From assembly GCF_006345805.1 (NCBI RefSeq), contig NC_043006.1:10168001-10232000 (forward strand): 64,000 nucleotides of DNA, in the 5' to 3' direction. Below, in pieces: positions 44,487 to 57,179 of the stretch. This stretch comes from Octopus sinensis (taxonomy: Eukaryota). Within the stretch, counting starts at the first letter, position 1. Each line of letters starts with the position of its first letter. The notes under the pieces are model-generated. The model made no database searches. It saw only the letters and a program-made list of their open reading frames with translations, and was not told where the DNA came from. A program made the translations under genes and the position numbers.

Positions 44487-46824
44487 TTTTATAACGTAGA
44501 TTCTGTATATGTAACCTTCGTATCGTGCATTAATAACAGTGTGATATACAATACCACGGAACGGGGTAGACACCAAATGTCTCCAGTTGATTTATTCCCA
44601 AATACTCTGCCAACAATTGTACGCAATCCAAAACAGCATTCAAGGACTATAACAATTTCTCAACAATTTCCTGCAACTCCACGATCTTACGAAGGAAACC
44701 TTTCGCCTTCCTGCGATTTCTCATCTCTCGTTCTCAGTCAAATACACTGCTACTTACACGAGTTCGGCTCGTTCATTATAACAGGGGGTGTCATGATACT
44801 TGCCATAACATGTCTCCTCTTCAAATTTGACATAAGTAAGGAGGGCAAATTCTTCATTTCATTTTCTACTAGATTTTTCCATCATCACCTCTCTATTTTT
44901 TGAGATTTTAATTTCCTCAGAAGTTTAATGCTTCTTTCGCTTAGTGACGACTTCTAGGCGTTCTGTTTGTTTATGTTTTCTATTGCTGATCTATTTGGTT
45001 CAAACTTTTTTGCGTTGGAAAATCGAACAGGTCATAACAAATTTACATCGGCATAGCTTCTCTTTCTTCGGTATGTCTAGTCTCCAACTGGTTCAAATCT
45101 CGTTTGTGCTCTCCTATTTAACCCCATATTATGTACATCATAGTGGCTATTCTTTTCGTAACTATTCAATCCTCACAACCTTGCCTTCCACTTTTATATA
45201 TTTTAAAAGGAACTTCCCCCATTAAAATATTTTGTTGTGCTTCTTGGGTTTCCGTATACATTTTGTTATTATAGGTAGCAATTTATCAAAAATTGGTTTT
45301 ATCTTCAGAGCAAACATTAGCTCTGCGGGCGATTTGCCTGAACATTTGTTCGGGATAGGTGTTACCCTGTAAACCCTTAATAATTGAGTTAGTGCTGCAT
45401 CAATGTCATTTTAGTGTTCGCTTAAATGTGTCTACGAAACTTTCTTCTTGCACATTTGACTTTGGGTGGTACGGCGGAGTAGAGCTGTGATTGATTGCAT
45501 ACCTCTCACAAAAATTTTAAAATTCGGACACCGAAAACTGCGTTCCGTTATTCGATACTATGTTGTCCGGGACAGTATATTGAGCAAAACATTCGTGAAG
45601 GAACTTTATTGTTACCTTCTAGGCTGGTTGACTTCATTTACATATCTCCGACTACTTGGTATAGCTCTCTACTATAAGCAGATAATACGCGCCGTTAAAA
45701 GGGTATGCGAACTTCCACACCCATTCTATGGATTTCGCCGTAACAGCCTTTTTTTCTGTATTCCAGTCAAACATGTCTGTACTTGAGAGGAATGTTTTCT
45801 TCAATTTTCTTTACGTCGTGTTGTAAACTGATAATTCTTTGATATTCCTCAGCTACTGCCTGCAGGGTTAAATCCTGGTACTCCTGTTCTAGGTTTGTAA
45901 GGAACCGTGCACGTATTTCTGCACCTTTGTTGCCGTGAAACCTTGCACATAGATGAGGCATTTAATCCCTTCAGTCTAAATTTTTCGCACATTCTATTTA
46001 CGATTCAAGCATAACTGACAAAATTTTGGTCCTGTTTTTATTATTCAATTCAAACAGTTCCAGCCTGTGTTAAACAGGGAACTCTCATCGCTGAACATTT
46101 CAATTATTTCCTCAAAACAAATTTCATTGTTTTTTTTTTTTTTATTTTTTAGGCAAGATAAAATTGCAGTATTTTTCAAGTTCTGAGGTACATAGTTTCC
46201 ATAACAGTAGACACTTACGTTCTTCTTTAAATATGTCTTCCTATTTTCTGGAGGACGCCGAGAAAGTTATGCCCCTCTTCAGGGTTATAACTAAATTCAG
46301 GTATACTATTCACTACGCCGCCTGGCGAGAGCAATCTTGTTTCCCAACATCAACATCAGTTCCAATAACTGATTGTGTTGTTATTAGTGTAACTCTTGTT
46401 GCTGGTTCTTTTGCAACTGTAATATGTCACCTAATAGTTCTTCCATAATTAACGAATTTTTTGTATCATAAAATATTGTTAATGAGCAACGTAAGCTTCG
46501 AATCACTCGCCCCCCCCCCTTTTATAACTTGGTTTCTGTGTAACATTAATGAGGTGCACCAATAACAGTGTGGTATACTACACCACGGAACGGGGTAGCC
46601 GCCAACTGTTTCTATTTGGTATATTCACAAATACTGCGCCAAAAGCTGTAACCCATCCAAAACAACTCTCAGCGAATTATAATAACTTCTTAACAATTTC
46701 CTGCGAATCCACGAGTTCACGAAGGACACCTTTCAGCTTCCTGCGATTTCTCGCTCCCGGCTCTCAGTCAAACAAGCTACTACTATACATGACACAGAGG
46801 GGGTGTCATGATACTCGTCATATG
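44487..46824 (-). mobile_element. Internally deleted Gypsy-type LTR retrotransposon (two LTRs, gag and integrase remnants)
   Basis: Diverged direct repeats at about 44487-44810 and 46520-46824. Polypurine tract TTGAAGAGGAGACA abuts TGTTATGG of the 3' LTR. Gag-like SIPEFSYNPEEG, FSDESSLFNTGWNCLN and AEIRARFLTNLEQ; integrase VPDNIVSNNGTQF, TPPYHPKSN and LRVYRVTP...SPAELMF. Confidence 0.88.
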
Positions 46825-46932
46825 ATATCCATATCTCTCTATCTACCTATCTATCTATCAAGCTAGCTAGTTAGCTGCCCAGCTATATATATATTTATAT
46901 ATAAATATATATATACATACTTACATACATAA

Positions 46933-46963
<31 letters not shown>

Positions 46964-46975
46964 CATAAATAAATA

Positions 46976-47131
46976 CAGGAGTGGCTGTGTGGTAAGCAGC
47001 TTGTTTCCAACAACATGTTTCTGTGTTCAGTCCCACTGCGTGGCACCTTGGGCAAGTGTCTTCTACTTTAACCTAGGGCCCACCAAAGCCTTCTGAGTAT
47101 ATTTGGCAGACGGAAGCTGAAACTAGCCCGT

Positions 47132-47175
<44 letters not shown>

Positions 47176-47405
47176 ATATATTGTGTGTGTCTATGTCTTC
47201 CCCATCACCACCCACTACCACCAACATCGCTTGACAACCGATGGTGGTGTGTTTACGTCCCCGTAAATTCGAGGTTCGGCAAAAAACACCGATAGAATAG
47301 AAAAAGTACAAGGCTCACAAAGAATAAATCCTGGTGTCGATTTGCGCGACTAAAGACGGTGCTCCAGTATGGCCACAGTCAAATAACTGAAACAAGTAAA
47401 AGAGT
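46976..47405 (+). mobile_element. Family A SINE, full length
   Basis: CAGGAGTGGCTGTGTGGTAAG head through CTGAAACAAGTAAAAGAGT tail. Confidence 0.9.
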
Positions 47406-49174
47406 GCATATGTACGAACATAAATCTTCACACTCTTTACGTGCGCACACAAAAAGAAAAGTTTATTAGAGTCAATGAAAAAGACATTTGTCCCAATCAT
47501 CACTCCTTTGGATCGAATCCTGTTCCTCATGAGGGGAAACAAACTTCTTAATAACTCGTTTGAATATGTCTACATATTCCAACATAAACTGTTAGATTTA
47601 AAACAAAAAAAAAATTGAAATCAGTTGGAATTTACCTGGTATTTCTCTCCCTATTAAAGGCTCATGACCTCTTTATCAGGACACCTGAAGAAATTATGGA
47701 TGCTGTTATTTAATGATGTACTCATCTTATTAACTGGGATAACCTGATAATCTACTTGACTCAGAGGCTGCATCTGCATTGCGTTCCATATCCTTGGTTC
47801 GGCAAGTTTTGTGCTGAAACTGTAATCTTCTTCTGTTATTCAATTTTCACCTGTGTATTTCATTATGCCTTGCTTATGCTTTAACAAGTTTTCATCTAAT
47901 CACCTGAACTACACTATATTAATACACTTTCCGCTGGTTTTACTACACATGTGTATACAGATAAGTGTTTGCACTCACGCATGTGTGCATGTGTGCGTGT
48001 ATGTGAGTGAGTGTGAAGTCGTGTTTGTGTGTGTGAGTGTTTCTTTAATTGTGGATATGTTTGTGTATGAGCGAGCTTCTATTTGTGCCTAATGGAAACG
48101 GTTATGAACATCACATATCCTCTTCCAGCAATGGCATTTCCTCTTCCACCAATGACATTCCAGGAATGACAATCCAGCAGGGATAAACACGAGTTTTTAA
48201 AAATGCAATTTGTCATAATTACATTCTGAAAAGTAGATGTTTACATGCATGGGTGCTGCATACTAAATAAAATTGCAGACAAGTGACTGATTTCAAAACA
48301 TAAAAATACTAACCCGATGGTGGATGCAATTTATCTTTCTCTCATACATTTTCATGAATTCACGAGTAAAATATTTCATATGCAACATAGACAACGTGAG
48401 AGAAATTTAACGTTACTATTGAAGAACTGTTAACGAATAGTTCTAAATGTATATAATATTTAAAATATACACACAGTGAAAACCAAAAAATGAACTGAAG
48501 CTGCTAAATCCGGAGTGAGTGAGTCCTCCCGTTAGCCAAAAAAATATGTCCATATTACATTTGCTAAAAATTTCGAAGGTGGGCAATTTCCTTTGACGAG
48601 CTTGAGTATAGCACCCTCTCCGAATTGGGTTGCTGTCTCGATGCTTTGAACCCTTCTTCATTGAATTATTCTACAGCAGGTAGCTTAATTATGGTTTTAC
48701 AGTCAAAGGGGCATAACTTTAATTTTTCTTCCTTTTCTATTCATTTTCTTTTTTCGATTTTTTTCCCTTCGACTTTTTGCATGTAGCATCTCGCTTTTTC
48801 TTGTGGTCTTGCTTGTACTGGCGTCCTGATTTACAAAGTGAAGAGACTATATACTCAGAGCCTGGGGATTTCTTGGAGATAGAATGTGTGTTATATAAGT
48901 TTTCCGAGACACTCATCATCAAGCAAGAAACTATTACTAACTCGTATATTTATACTGTGTATATTAAATCATATATACAAGCAGATGGGAGCATAGATGT
49001 GCAAAACAAAGTGGGCAATGTAGCACACGAATGCAAAGGGTAAAATCGTGTTTATTGAAACAGGATAGTCTTCATAAATTGTTAGTTGGAACAAACCATT
49101 CATCGAGCAATATTTAATGCAAGCGCATCATCTCATTCTGACAGAGAATATTGGAAAAAAAACAAAGGCGCAAC

Positions 49175-49480
49175 ACTTTTCAAAGAAGCCCGTCGTATAT
49201 ATGTGTGTGTCCGTGCGCGCATGCGCGCGCGCGCGCGTGTGTGTGTGCGCGCGCGCGCGTGTGTGTACGGGTCTATGTCTGTGTTTGTTCACCTATCACC
49301 GCTTAATAACAGGGATTGATATATTTAGGCCTCCGTAACTTAGCGGGTCGGCAAAAGATACTAATAGTGTAAGTACCAGGCTACCAAAAATAAGTTCTGG
49401 GGCCAATTCTTCGACTAAAAACCCTATCAAAGAGGAGTTCCAGTCAAATGACTGAAGTGAGTGAAATAATAAAAGACGGG
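49175..49480 (+). mobile_element. Decayed family A SINE lacking the head, with (GC)n/(GT)n core
   Basis: AAAGAAGCCCGTCGTATATA...CCGTAACTTAGCGGGTCGGCAAAAG...CAGTCAAATGACTGAA. Confidence 0.75.
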
Positions 49481-49742
49481 ATGGAATATATGCTCGTGTC
49501 CTTAGATCTAAATACAGATCTGTGTATATATACACTTTTATATGTATGTATTTATGGTTGTGCGTGCAAGAGAGTGCGTGTTTAGCGTGTGGGTTTAAAT
49601 ACGTGTAAAGTCCTGCGTGTGTGTAAAAACATCTTGAACAGTGATAGCATTTGAGATGTTGCATCGTATATAACATTTGTGCAATAGAAGCTTGCGTATC
49701 GCTGCTGACTGTATATGTATATGTATACATATGTGTTTATAA

Positions 49743-49790
<48 letters not shown>

Positions 49791-49808
49791 AGATAGATAG
49801 ATAGATAG

Positions 49809-49843
<35 letters not shown>

Positions 49844-50420
49844 GCATATGTATATATACATATATGCATATATACATACATATATATATATACATACATA
49901 TATATATATACATATATATATATATATTTAGATAGGTAGATAGATATATGTATATATATATATATATGTGTGTGTGTTTGTGTGCGTGTCTGTGTGTGTG
50001 TGTGTGTTCAAAAGCATAAGATGTAATTGTTGTAAACCTTATGAGTGCAGAACTTCAAATAGTGATAGTCAATGATTTGGAAATGACCAAATGAAAGAAA
50101 TTGGTTCCAGCTGCTTAGATTCAAACTTTACTATGTGCCAATTTGGCAAAGAAAATGAACAATCAGGAATTGATAAAAATATTCAAATACAAATACAATA
50201 TCGATACACGTAATACAAAACTAGCTACGATTGCATAAGTTTCATGCCAAAATCCTTAGAAAGCATCGTTATATAAAAACTAGTTGAATAGGACGGGAAG
50301 CTTTATGAAAATTTATTTCTCTTAGCTTTCTTTAGCTGTACGTTTCTTCTGTAGCTATTGGAAGTTACATAAAACATATATTAGATTGTAATGGATGTAA
50401 ATAATATGTATATATGTATG

Positions 50421-50460
<40 letters not shown>

Positions 50461-50528
50461 CATAATTATTATATATATCACCCTTTTTACTTCAAAAACG
50501 GTATCAAGTAATCCTCATAGACATTCAA

Positions 50529-50566
<38 letters not shown>

Positions 50567-50910
50567 ACGTATGATAGTAATACATCACACAGCATCAATA
50601 ACATAAATACCAAATGCGCACAGTAGTTTGTGAATGCGTCTATGTGTGTAAATTTGTGTGTGGCTGTATCTAGGTGTGTCCCTGTGTGTGCCTAGTATCG
50701 TTGTACTGCATTACGATAACGTGATCTAGTTTAACAAGCTCTCCTCTGTTGAACGCAGAATGATCACGGATGTATATTTTTTAAAAGTTCTATACATTGT
50801 TTTTAAATAGTAAACGTTATACACATAATATATGTATGTATATGTATATATATAAATGTATATATAGACAATTAGATAGATAGATAGATTGATAGATATA
50901 TAGATAAAAG

Positions 50911-50956
<46 letters not shown>

Positions 50957-51571
50957 AAGATAGATAGGTAGATAGATAGATATGTGTATGTGTGTATACA
51001 CATATTTATGTAAATATGTATCACCCACATATAGTGATAATTATATATCCATCTTTGTACATAAAATTATATATACATACATATATATATATATATATAT
51101 TATATATATAATATATATATATATAAGTATATGTATTTATTTATATACATATACCCATTTTTTTCTGGCTTTTTGAGGTTTATTACAAATACAATTTTTG
51201 AGGTGAATTTTTGAGGTAGCTTCGGAATGAAACCTTTAAAATTCGGTTAATTTGTGTTCAAAAGCAAATTTCCAATAACCGGTCTCAGGCCGACGACCTT
51301 TCAAATTATAATCACATCGATTGCCAGTATGTAATCAATTGTGTATACGTATAGATATACATACCCGTCCCATTTTGTGTTGGCATAGGTAGGTCTCAAT
51401 CTTCCTATGTTAATTGACTGTTCTATACGTATCTGTATTTGTGTGTATATGTAGATGTATATGTGTGTATATATACATGCATATGTATGTGTGTGTGTGT
51501 GTATTGGATGATGAAGCGAATGATTTGGACGTGCTAGCTTAACGATAAAGCACGGTGTCATTTTCTTTTGT

Positions 51572-51616
<45 letters not shown>

Positions 51617-51689
51617 GTTGAATGATAAAAGTTACGTGTATACATACATACACGCATATGTGTGTGCGTGCGCGCGCTTGTGTATATGT

Positions 51690-51830
51690 GTGTGTGTGTC
51701 TGCGTTTCAGTGTTTGTCCCCTCAACATCGCTTGAGAATCGATGCTAGTGTGTTTACGTTCCGTGAAATAGCGGTTTGGCCAAAAAGTATAAGTGCTGAA
51801 TCATGCAAAAAAATAAAAGAATATTGTAAA
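51690..51830 (+). mobile_element. Family A SINE fragment
   Basis: GTTTGTCCCCTCAACATCGCTTGAGAATCGATGCTAGTGTGTTTACGT. Confidence 0.75.
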
Positions 51831-52110
51831 CAAATTAATTAAATTAAATTAAATTTATTTACAACTGGCGTGCCTCATCAGCAGAGAAGCCTAGGATGAG
51901 TATATATCCACGAGGCGATGGTAAGGAAGCCTCCATCTATATGCTCTAAATTTTCAAAATCCACCGCAATCGCGCGGTCTTCTCAGCAGCAAATATAAAC
52001 TGCTGATTTAATTTCAAAATTAGCCCAAAAAATCATTAATTAATAAATATAAGGGTAGCAAAAAATTCTCCGCTACCAGCGGTCTACCGAGAAAGAAAAG
52101 ATAGTCAATG
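51830..52110 (+). mobile_element. Diverged collinear copy of the repeat rearranged at 36.1-36.8 kb
   Basis: Shared TCATCAG, CAGCAG(C/T)AAATATAAACTGC, AGGGTAGCAAAAAATTC, CGCTACCAGCGG and ATAGTCAA.GACTA. Confidence 0.8.
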
Positions 52111-52163
52111 ACTATATAATATACATTCATATACATAATATACATTCATATAAATATATATAA

Positions 52164-52257
<94 letters not shown>

Positions 52258-52968
52258 TGCATGTATATAGTTATAGAGGGAGTGTTTGTTACTTGTGTTG
52301 AAGGAGAATATCATTCGTCGTCATAACATAATCACAGTTAGTAATCTCTATGTTAAATGCTTGTTTATTTATGATTATGTTCCACTTACGATTCCTACTT
52401 TAGCTCTTTCATTTAACACATTAATTCTCTTATTAATCTAACCATCAAAACATGCACCACTTCAGAATATAAACTATAGATAAATTTTCATTTAATGTGC
52501 TACGTGAATCCTAATTATTCGTTTTAATTCCACGTAGGAGAAAAATATTTAATCTTGCACAGTAGTAAAAGTTTATAGGATCTAAGTGAAATTCGAGTTC
52601 ATATGAAAACCGACAATTTTATTGTAGTAACTTAATACTGGAGAATGTATCTGGTTTCGAAGTTTTCAATCTGTACCGAGATTAACAAACACATTCTGCA
52701 TATGTATTTTTGCGTCTTTTATTATCTGCAGTTACATCTCGTACATAATATAAACTAACACAGACCCACACGCACACACAAAACATACACATGCACACGC
52801 ACACACACATGAACACACAGATATATATAACGGCACACATTCATTTCCCAGTAAATTTATCTTAACCTTTTTGATGCGACTCTCCTCTTTTCTGTTTTCA
52901 TCTTCCACCCTTCTCTAATTCCTGTTTCCCCCTTCACCGTTTTCTCTTTGTCTCTCTATCTTACTCTC

Positions 52969-53000
<32 letters not shown>

Positions 53001-53039
53001 ATCTCCCTCTCCCTCGTTGCTCACACATGGCAAACGAGT

Positions 53040-53455
53040 CATTTTCCTCAGATGACCATCTTTCTTTTCCTGTATGGACGTTAAAAGAACTGGACGTTTT
53101 CTTTCTCTCTTCTATCTTTTCTCGTTTCAAAGAAAACATTTCGCCCAGAGTTCACTATTTTCCTCTTGTCCTGGTCTAACGACCCTCCATGTTTGTTTTC
53201 GTTCGATTTCCTTGTTTATCTCTACTGTCCTGTTTGTGTTCCCAAATTTGACCCTCAATAAATCCTACATTTTCTTTTGGCTTTTATGGAAGCAACTGCC
53301 TTTTAAGACTCATATTGTAGTCAAAATGCGGAGTAGATAAGCAGCCGACAATTAATGAAGGGTCGTTCTCTCTGTTTATTTGTCCTGTTTTCCATTTTTT
53401 CTCTCGTTGTTTTCGTATTTCATGTTGTTTTCACAGTTCGTGACGTCCTGTACCC

Positions 53456-53460
<5 letters not shown>
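53040..53460 (-). mobile_element. Penelope-like repeat fragment
   Basis: Right part is homologous to 20669-20835; flanked by microsatellites. The class assignment is inference. Confidence 0.5.
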
Positions 53461-53540
<80 letters not shown>

Positions 53541-53861
53541 ATGTATATATATATATATATTATTTATATATATATTATTTATATTATATTATATATATAT
53601 TTTATTTTGTAATAATAATTACTGGTATCCTTATATATTAATATGTTATATATGTATGTATATTATTCTAATTGTCAATTTAGTAAGTAAATAAATAAAT
53701 TAACATAATATAATATCTAAAAGTTGATGAACCAACTATTGATCCCCTCCATTTTCTTATTGCTATACATATATATATATATATATATTGATAAAACGGT
53801 AAGATGACAAAAGAAAGAAAGAGACCTCAATATTATGTAAATAGAGGAAATTTATCTATAC

Positions 53862-54341
53862 AATAATATGTTACTTTACTCGGTAGTCAAGATAAAACTC
53901 TGAGTTTCAGATGCCGATGCGACATGGAGAGATGGCTTATCTGGAAAAGCAGCTAAGACCCTACTACATGTCTAAATACAAGGACAGAGCTTTTCGGATC
54001 ATGCCCACATGTGACTAAATTTCTGTTACGTTTTTGGTTCCCTAAAGAAAACAGATAGAACATGCTTTCTATGTTATGTCCCAAGAAGAATTTGTATATT
54101 TTTATATATTTTTATATATTTTTTATGTATTTTTATATAATTTTTATGACGAAAAATGCGAGCGATGTATAAGTACGCAGGCAAGCAGAGTTATAACAGA
54201 GTAATTTCCCTTTATTTAACGGTATTTTTTCATAGCGTTTTCAAATAGCCAGATAACCGAAGAGATGGTGTTGTGGATTTCCACTTCGGCATCTGAAACT
54301 CAGAGTTTTATCTTGACTACCGAGTAAAGTAACATATTATT
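53862..54341. repeat. Perfect 55-bp inverted repeat with a 370-bp spacer; right arm ends a hammerhead-like motif
   Basis: AATAATATGTTACTTTACTCGGTAGTCAAGATAAAACTCTGAGTTTCAGATGCCG (53862-53916) is the exact reverse complement of 54287-54341. Confidence 0.95.
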
Positions 54342-56131
54342 ATATATATATATATATATATATACATATATATGGGGGAGAGTGAAAGAGAAAGAGAGAG
54401 GGAAAAAGGGAAATATAATAGGTGATAGACATAAGACTTGAGCTGTTTCTAACAATGCTGGTGTCTTGGTACACTTAGTCACATTTAGTGGCTATTGAAG
54501 TTTTCCTCTATGCTATTGCGCTCAGCTGTTTATATAAATTCCACTAAATCATCCTTATATTACTATGGTAAATATATTCATGGTGACAGACGGAATTGCC
54601 CGACGTCTGTCGAGGGAGCCGTCCTCATCGATGAAACCTACGGAAATAGGCGAAATTGAACGGTTAGTTTGTGTGATTCACGGACCTGTCATAGGGCAGT
54701 TACATCTCTGTCAGCATGTGCCTAAAGGATTGCGCTCTCCCTACAGCATTAAGAATAGTTTAACTCTTATGTCTAGCGATGTAGGCGTCTTGGCACCTTT
54801 TGTCATATTTAGCGACGATTGTGTGTGTTTATATATATAAATATATATATATATGAACATAAATATGCACACACACACATACATACATACATATATATAT
54901 ATATATATGAACATACATATGCAAACACACACACATACATACATATATACATATATATATGTGCATATATATATATACATATATATATGTACATATATAT
55001 ATATACATATATATATATGCACATTCCATATATACGTAAGTACATGTATACATACATGTGCATGTTTGTGCTGTATGTACATACGTATATATGTGTATAT
55101 ATACCCATACAAAACAGTTTTTATGAGACACTGTTTTCACAATTTCAAATGATATTTTATTCACAATGCTAAATAAATATTAGCCTAAGAATACTGGAAA
55201 CTGTTTTCTTATATTGTAAAGAATTACATTTTCTTTGGAAATCTCTCCTCATATATCGATCACATTTGTCCGAAAACAAAGTATATATAAATACAAATAA
55301 TCCGTACAGACTCTAGATGTATTAAAAACAAAACAAGCGTTATAAAGAAAAAAGAAAAGAATAGCCTCGTACGCTTTAGACATGAAGTGATCAATATTGA
55401 AACATGGGACGTAAACCTAGTTAAAATTATTGCTGGAGGCATTTAAGTAAATATAAATTTCTTCTAAGCACACAACACACTGTCACTTTCTTAAAAGAAT
55501 ATATATCAAATGGATTTAAGTAGAGTTATTTCATTACATATATATATAGAAAGCAAAACATGTCTATGAAAATAAAATGTATTATGCTTTTGTAGATGGC
55601 GAATATCGTTAAATTATTTTAAGCAAAGAGAGTAATAAAATGAAAGATTCATATTTTCTGCATTTATTGTATGTATTCAGAAATGTGTGTACGTAAAATT
55701 TATTTGCAATATTTCTAAGTATTTCGATTTTGTCTCCAAGAACATTTGTTTATTTTCTATAGAACGGTGTTTGTAGAACTTTAACTTTCTTCTGCCTACA
55801 TCAGACCAACTAAGAACCAATCTATATTTAGCGAAACTACTACAAATAGAAGCCAATCCTCCCTACTACTTTAATAGAGGAAAATAATCACTGTAAAATT
55901 TTCTAATAAATAACAAAGGTGAAAGTCGATAACATTGTAGAAGAAATGTCTTTCACCAGAGGTGTTCAATTACGACTGGCACTGGTTTTGCCAGTAACAT
56001 CAACAGCAGCAACATCAAACACATCAACACATATTTTCTTTGACCTGGATAATTTTGTGGAAGGCATTTTTGATGCTGTAGTCACCAAAGATGTCAGTAG
56101 TGTTTGGCGTCAGAAGTGCGCTGCTGTGAAA

Positions 56132-56173
<42 letters not shown>

Positions 56174-56303
56174 GACTCGATTCTGATTACTTTATTAAAT
56201 ACTTTCCTGTAAACTGTTTTTAACATTTTCTTATTATTATCAAAGAATGTATATATGTATTTTAATAATTTTGTGATGACCATTATTTAACACAACAAAG
56301 CGC

Positions 56304-56745
56304 ACCTCGGACAAGTCCGTCTGACAGCGTATCCGTGCTTGTAGAGTTTATCTCGAATCTTTAGCGCCCCCCGGTAGCACAGCCAGGCCAGAGGACATCT
56401 AGAAATTATCCGTGATATTTCCCGAAAGGAAAGTCCTCTGGAACAGACTAGCCAGTTCGTTCTCTTCGGCGCCTAGAGTCTCTCCGAGAATGTCGTCGCG
56501 CTTCCCGACACTAATACTCCATAAATTTCTAAAGTGGAATTTGAAAATAATAATAACCAGGCTCTTTGTCCGGTACCGGATCGATCCCAAAATCTAATTA
56601 ATTCGTGCCAGTGACGAGGCCAAACATCCATGAAAGATCAATTTGAATCCATCCAGTGGTTTTTTAGGTATCTTGTCCAAGGAGGAACAAACAAACAAAC
56701 ACGACCAAAAGCAATAACTCCGCCTTTGTAAGGCGAAGGTAATAA
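56304..56745 (-). mobile_element. HINE/DINE-1-like non-autonomous element (tentative)
   Basis: Reverse strand begins TTATTACCTTCGCCTTACAAAGGCGGAGT (stem-loop), then (TTTG)n. A partial complementary motif GTCCGAGGT lies at the far end. Confidence 0.45.
56399..56528 (-). other. Candidate terminal coding exon with an amidation/dibasic site
   Basis: Acceptor TTTTCAAATTCCACTTTAG, then (x)NLWSISVGKRDDILGETLGAEENELASLFQRTFLSGNITDNF*. No family recognised; lies inside the HINE-like element. Confidence 0.25.
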
Positions 56746-56765
56746 TGATGATAGTAATAATGATG

Positions 56766-56831
<66 letters not shown>

Positions 56832-56974
56832 TAATAATAATAATGGATTCGTAGCAATTGAAGACTTGTGTGGGTAACTAAGTTTACAAGTAGTAACCCG
56901 ATACTACCAGGAATAAGACCGAACTTGAGCCAAGCTAAAATAATAATAATGATTATGATAATGATGATGATATG

Positions 56975-57165
56975 CCAGGGGGCACTTAGAACCATAACAA
57001 CCAGGTTTGAGAAATATTTTGCAGAAATTGGAATAGAACATGCACAAAATCTGCTTTACTGAGAGTAGTAGACTTCGTGAGACCTTTCAGAACGAGTTAC
57101 TGCCTACTCTTGCAGAATTAACTGGAGTAAGTGAAATCGAGAGCTCTAAGAATTAAAATGGAAAT
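56975..57165 (+). mobile_element. Second RLE-type LINE 3' end (decayed) in a TAA-rich tract
   Basis: GALRTITTRFEKYFAEIGIEHAQ, with KSALL in a shifted frame, matches the GALG...LL C-terminal pattern. TAA/TGA repeats flank it. Confidence 0.6.
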
Positions 57166-57179
57166 AATAAAGATATTCC

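Noticed and set aside
47669-47750. KKLWMLLFNDVLILL resemblance to a PH-domain strand
   Set aside because: The frame stops a few codons later with no convincing donor, and there are no supporting exons.
48737-48922. Lys-rich minus-strand ORF ending KKSKGKKSKKENE
   Set aside because: The basic tail is simply the complement of a T-rich tract; no homology and no convincing splice context.
51255-51330. Minus-strand GAGACCGGTTA as a hammerhead GAAA-CCGG-UUA junction
   Set aside because: GAAA is mutated and no CUGAnGA core is present upstream.
56363-56378. CTCF-like motif GGGGGCGCTA on the minus strand
   Set aside because: Only a partial match, and it lies within a probable repeat.
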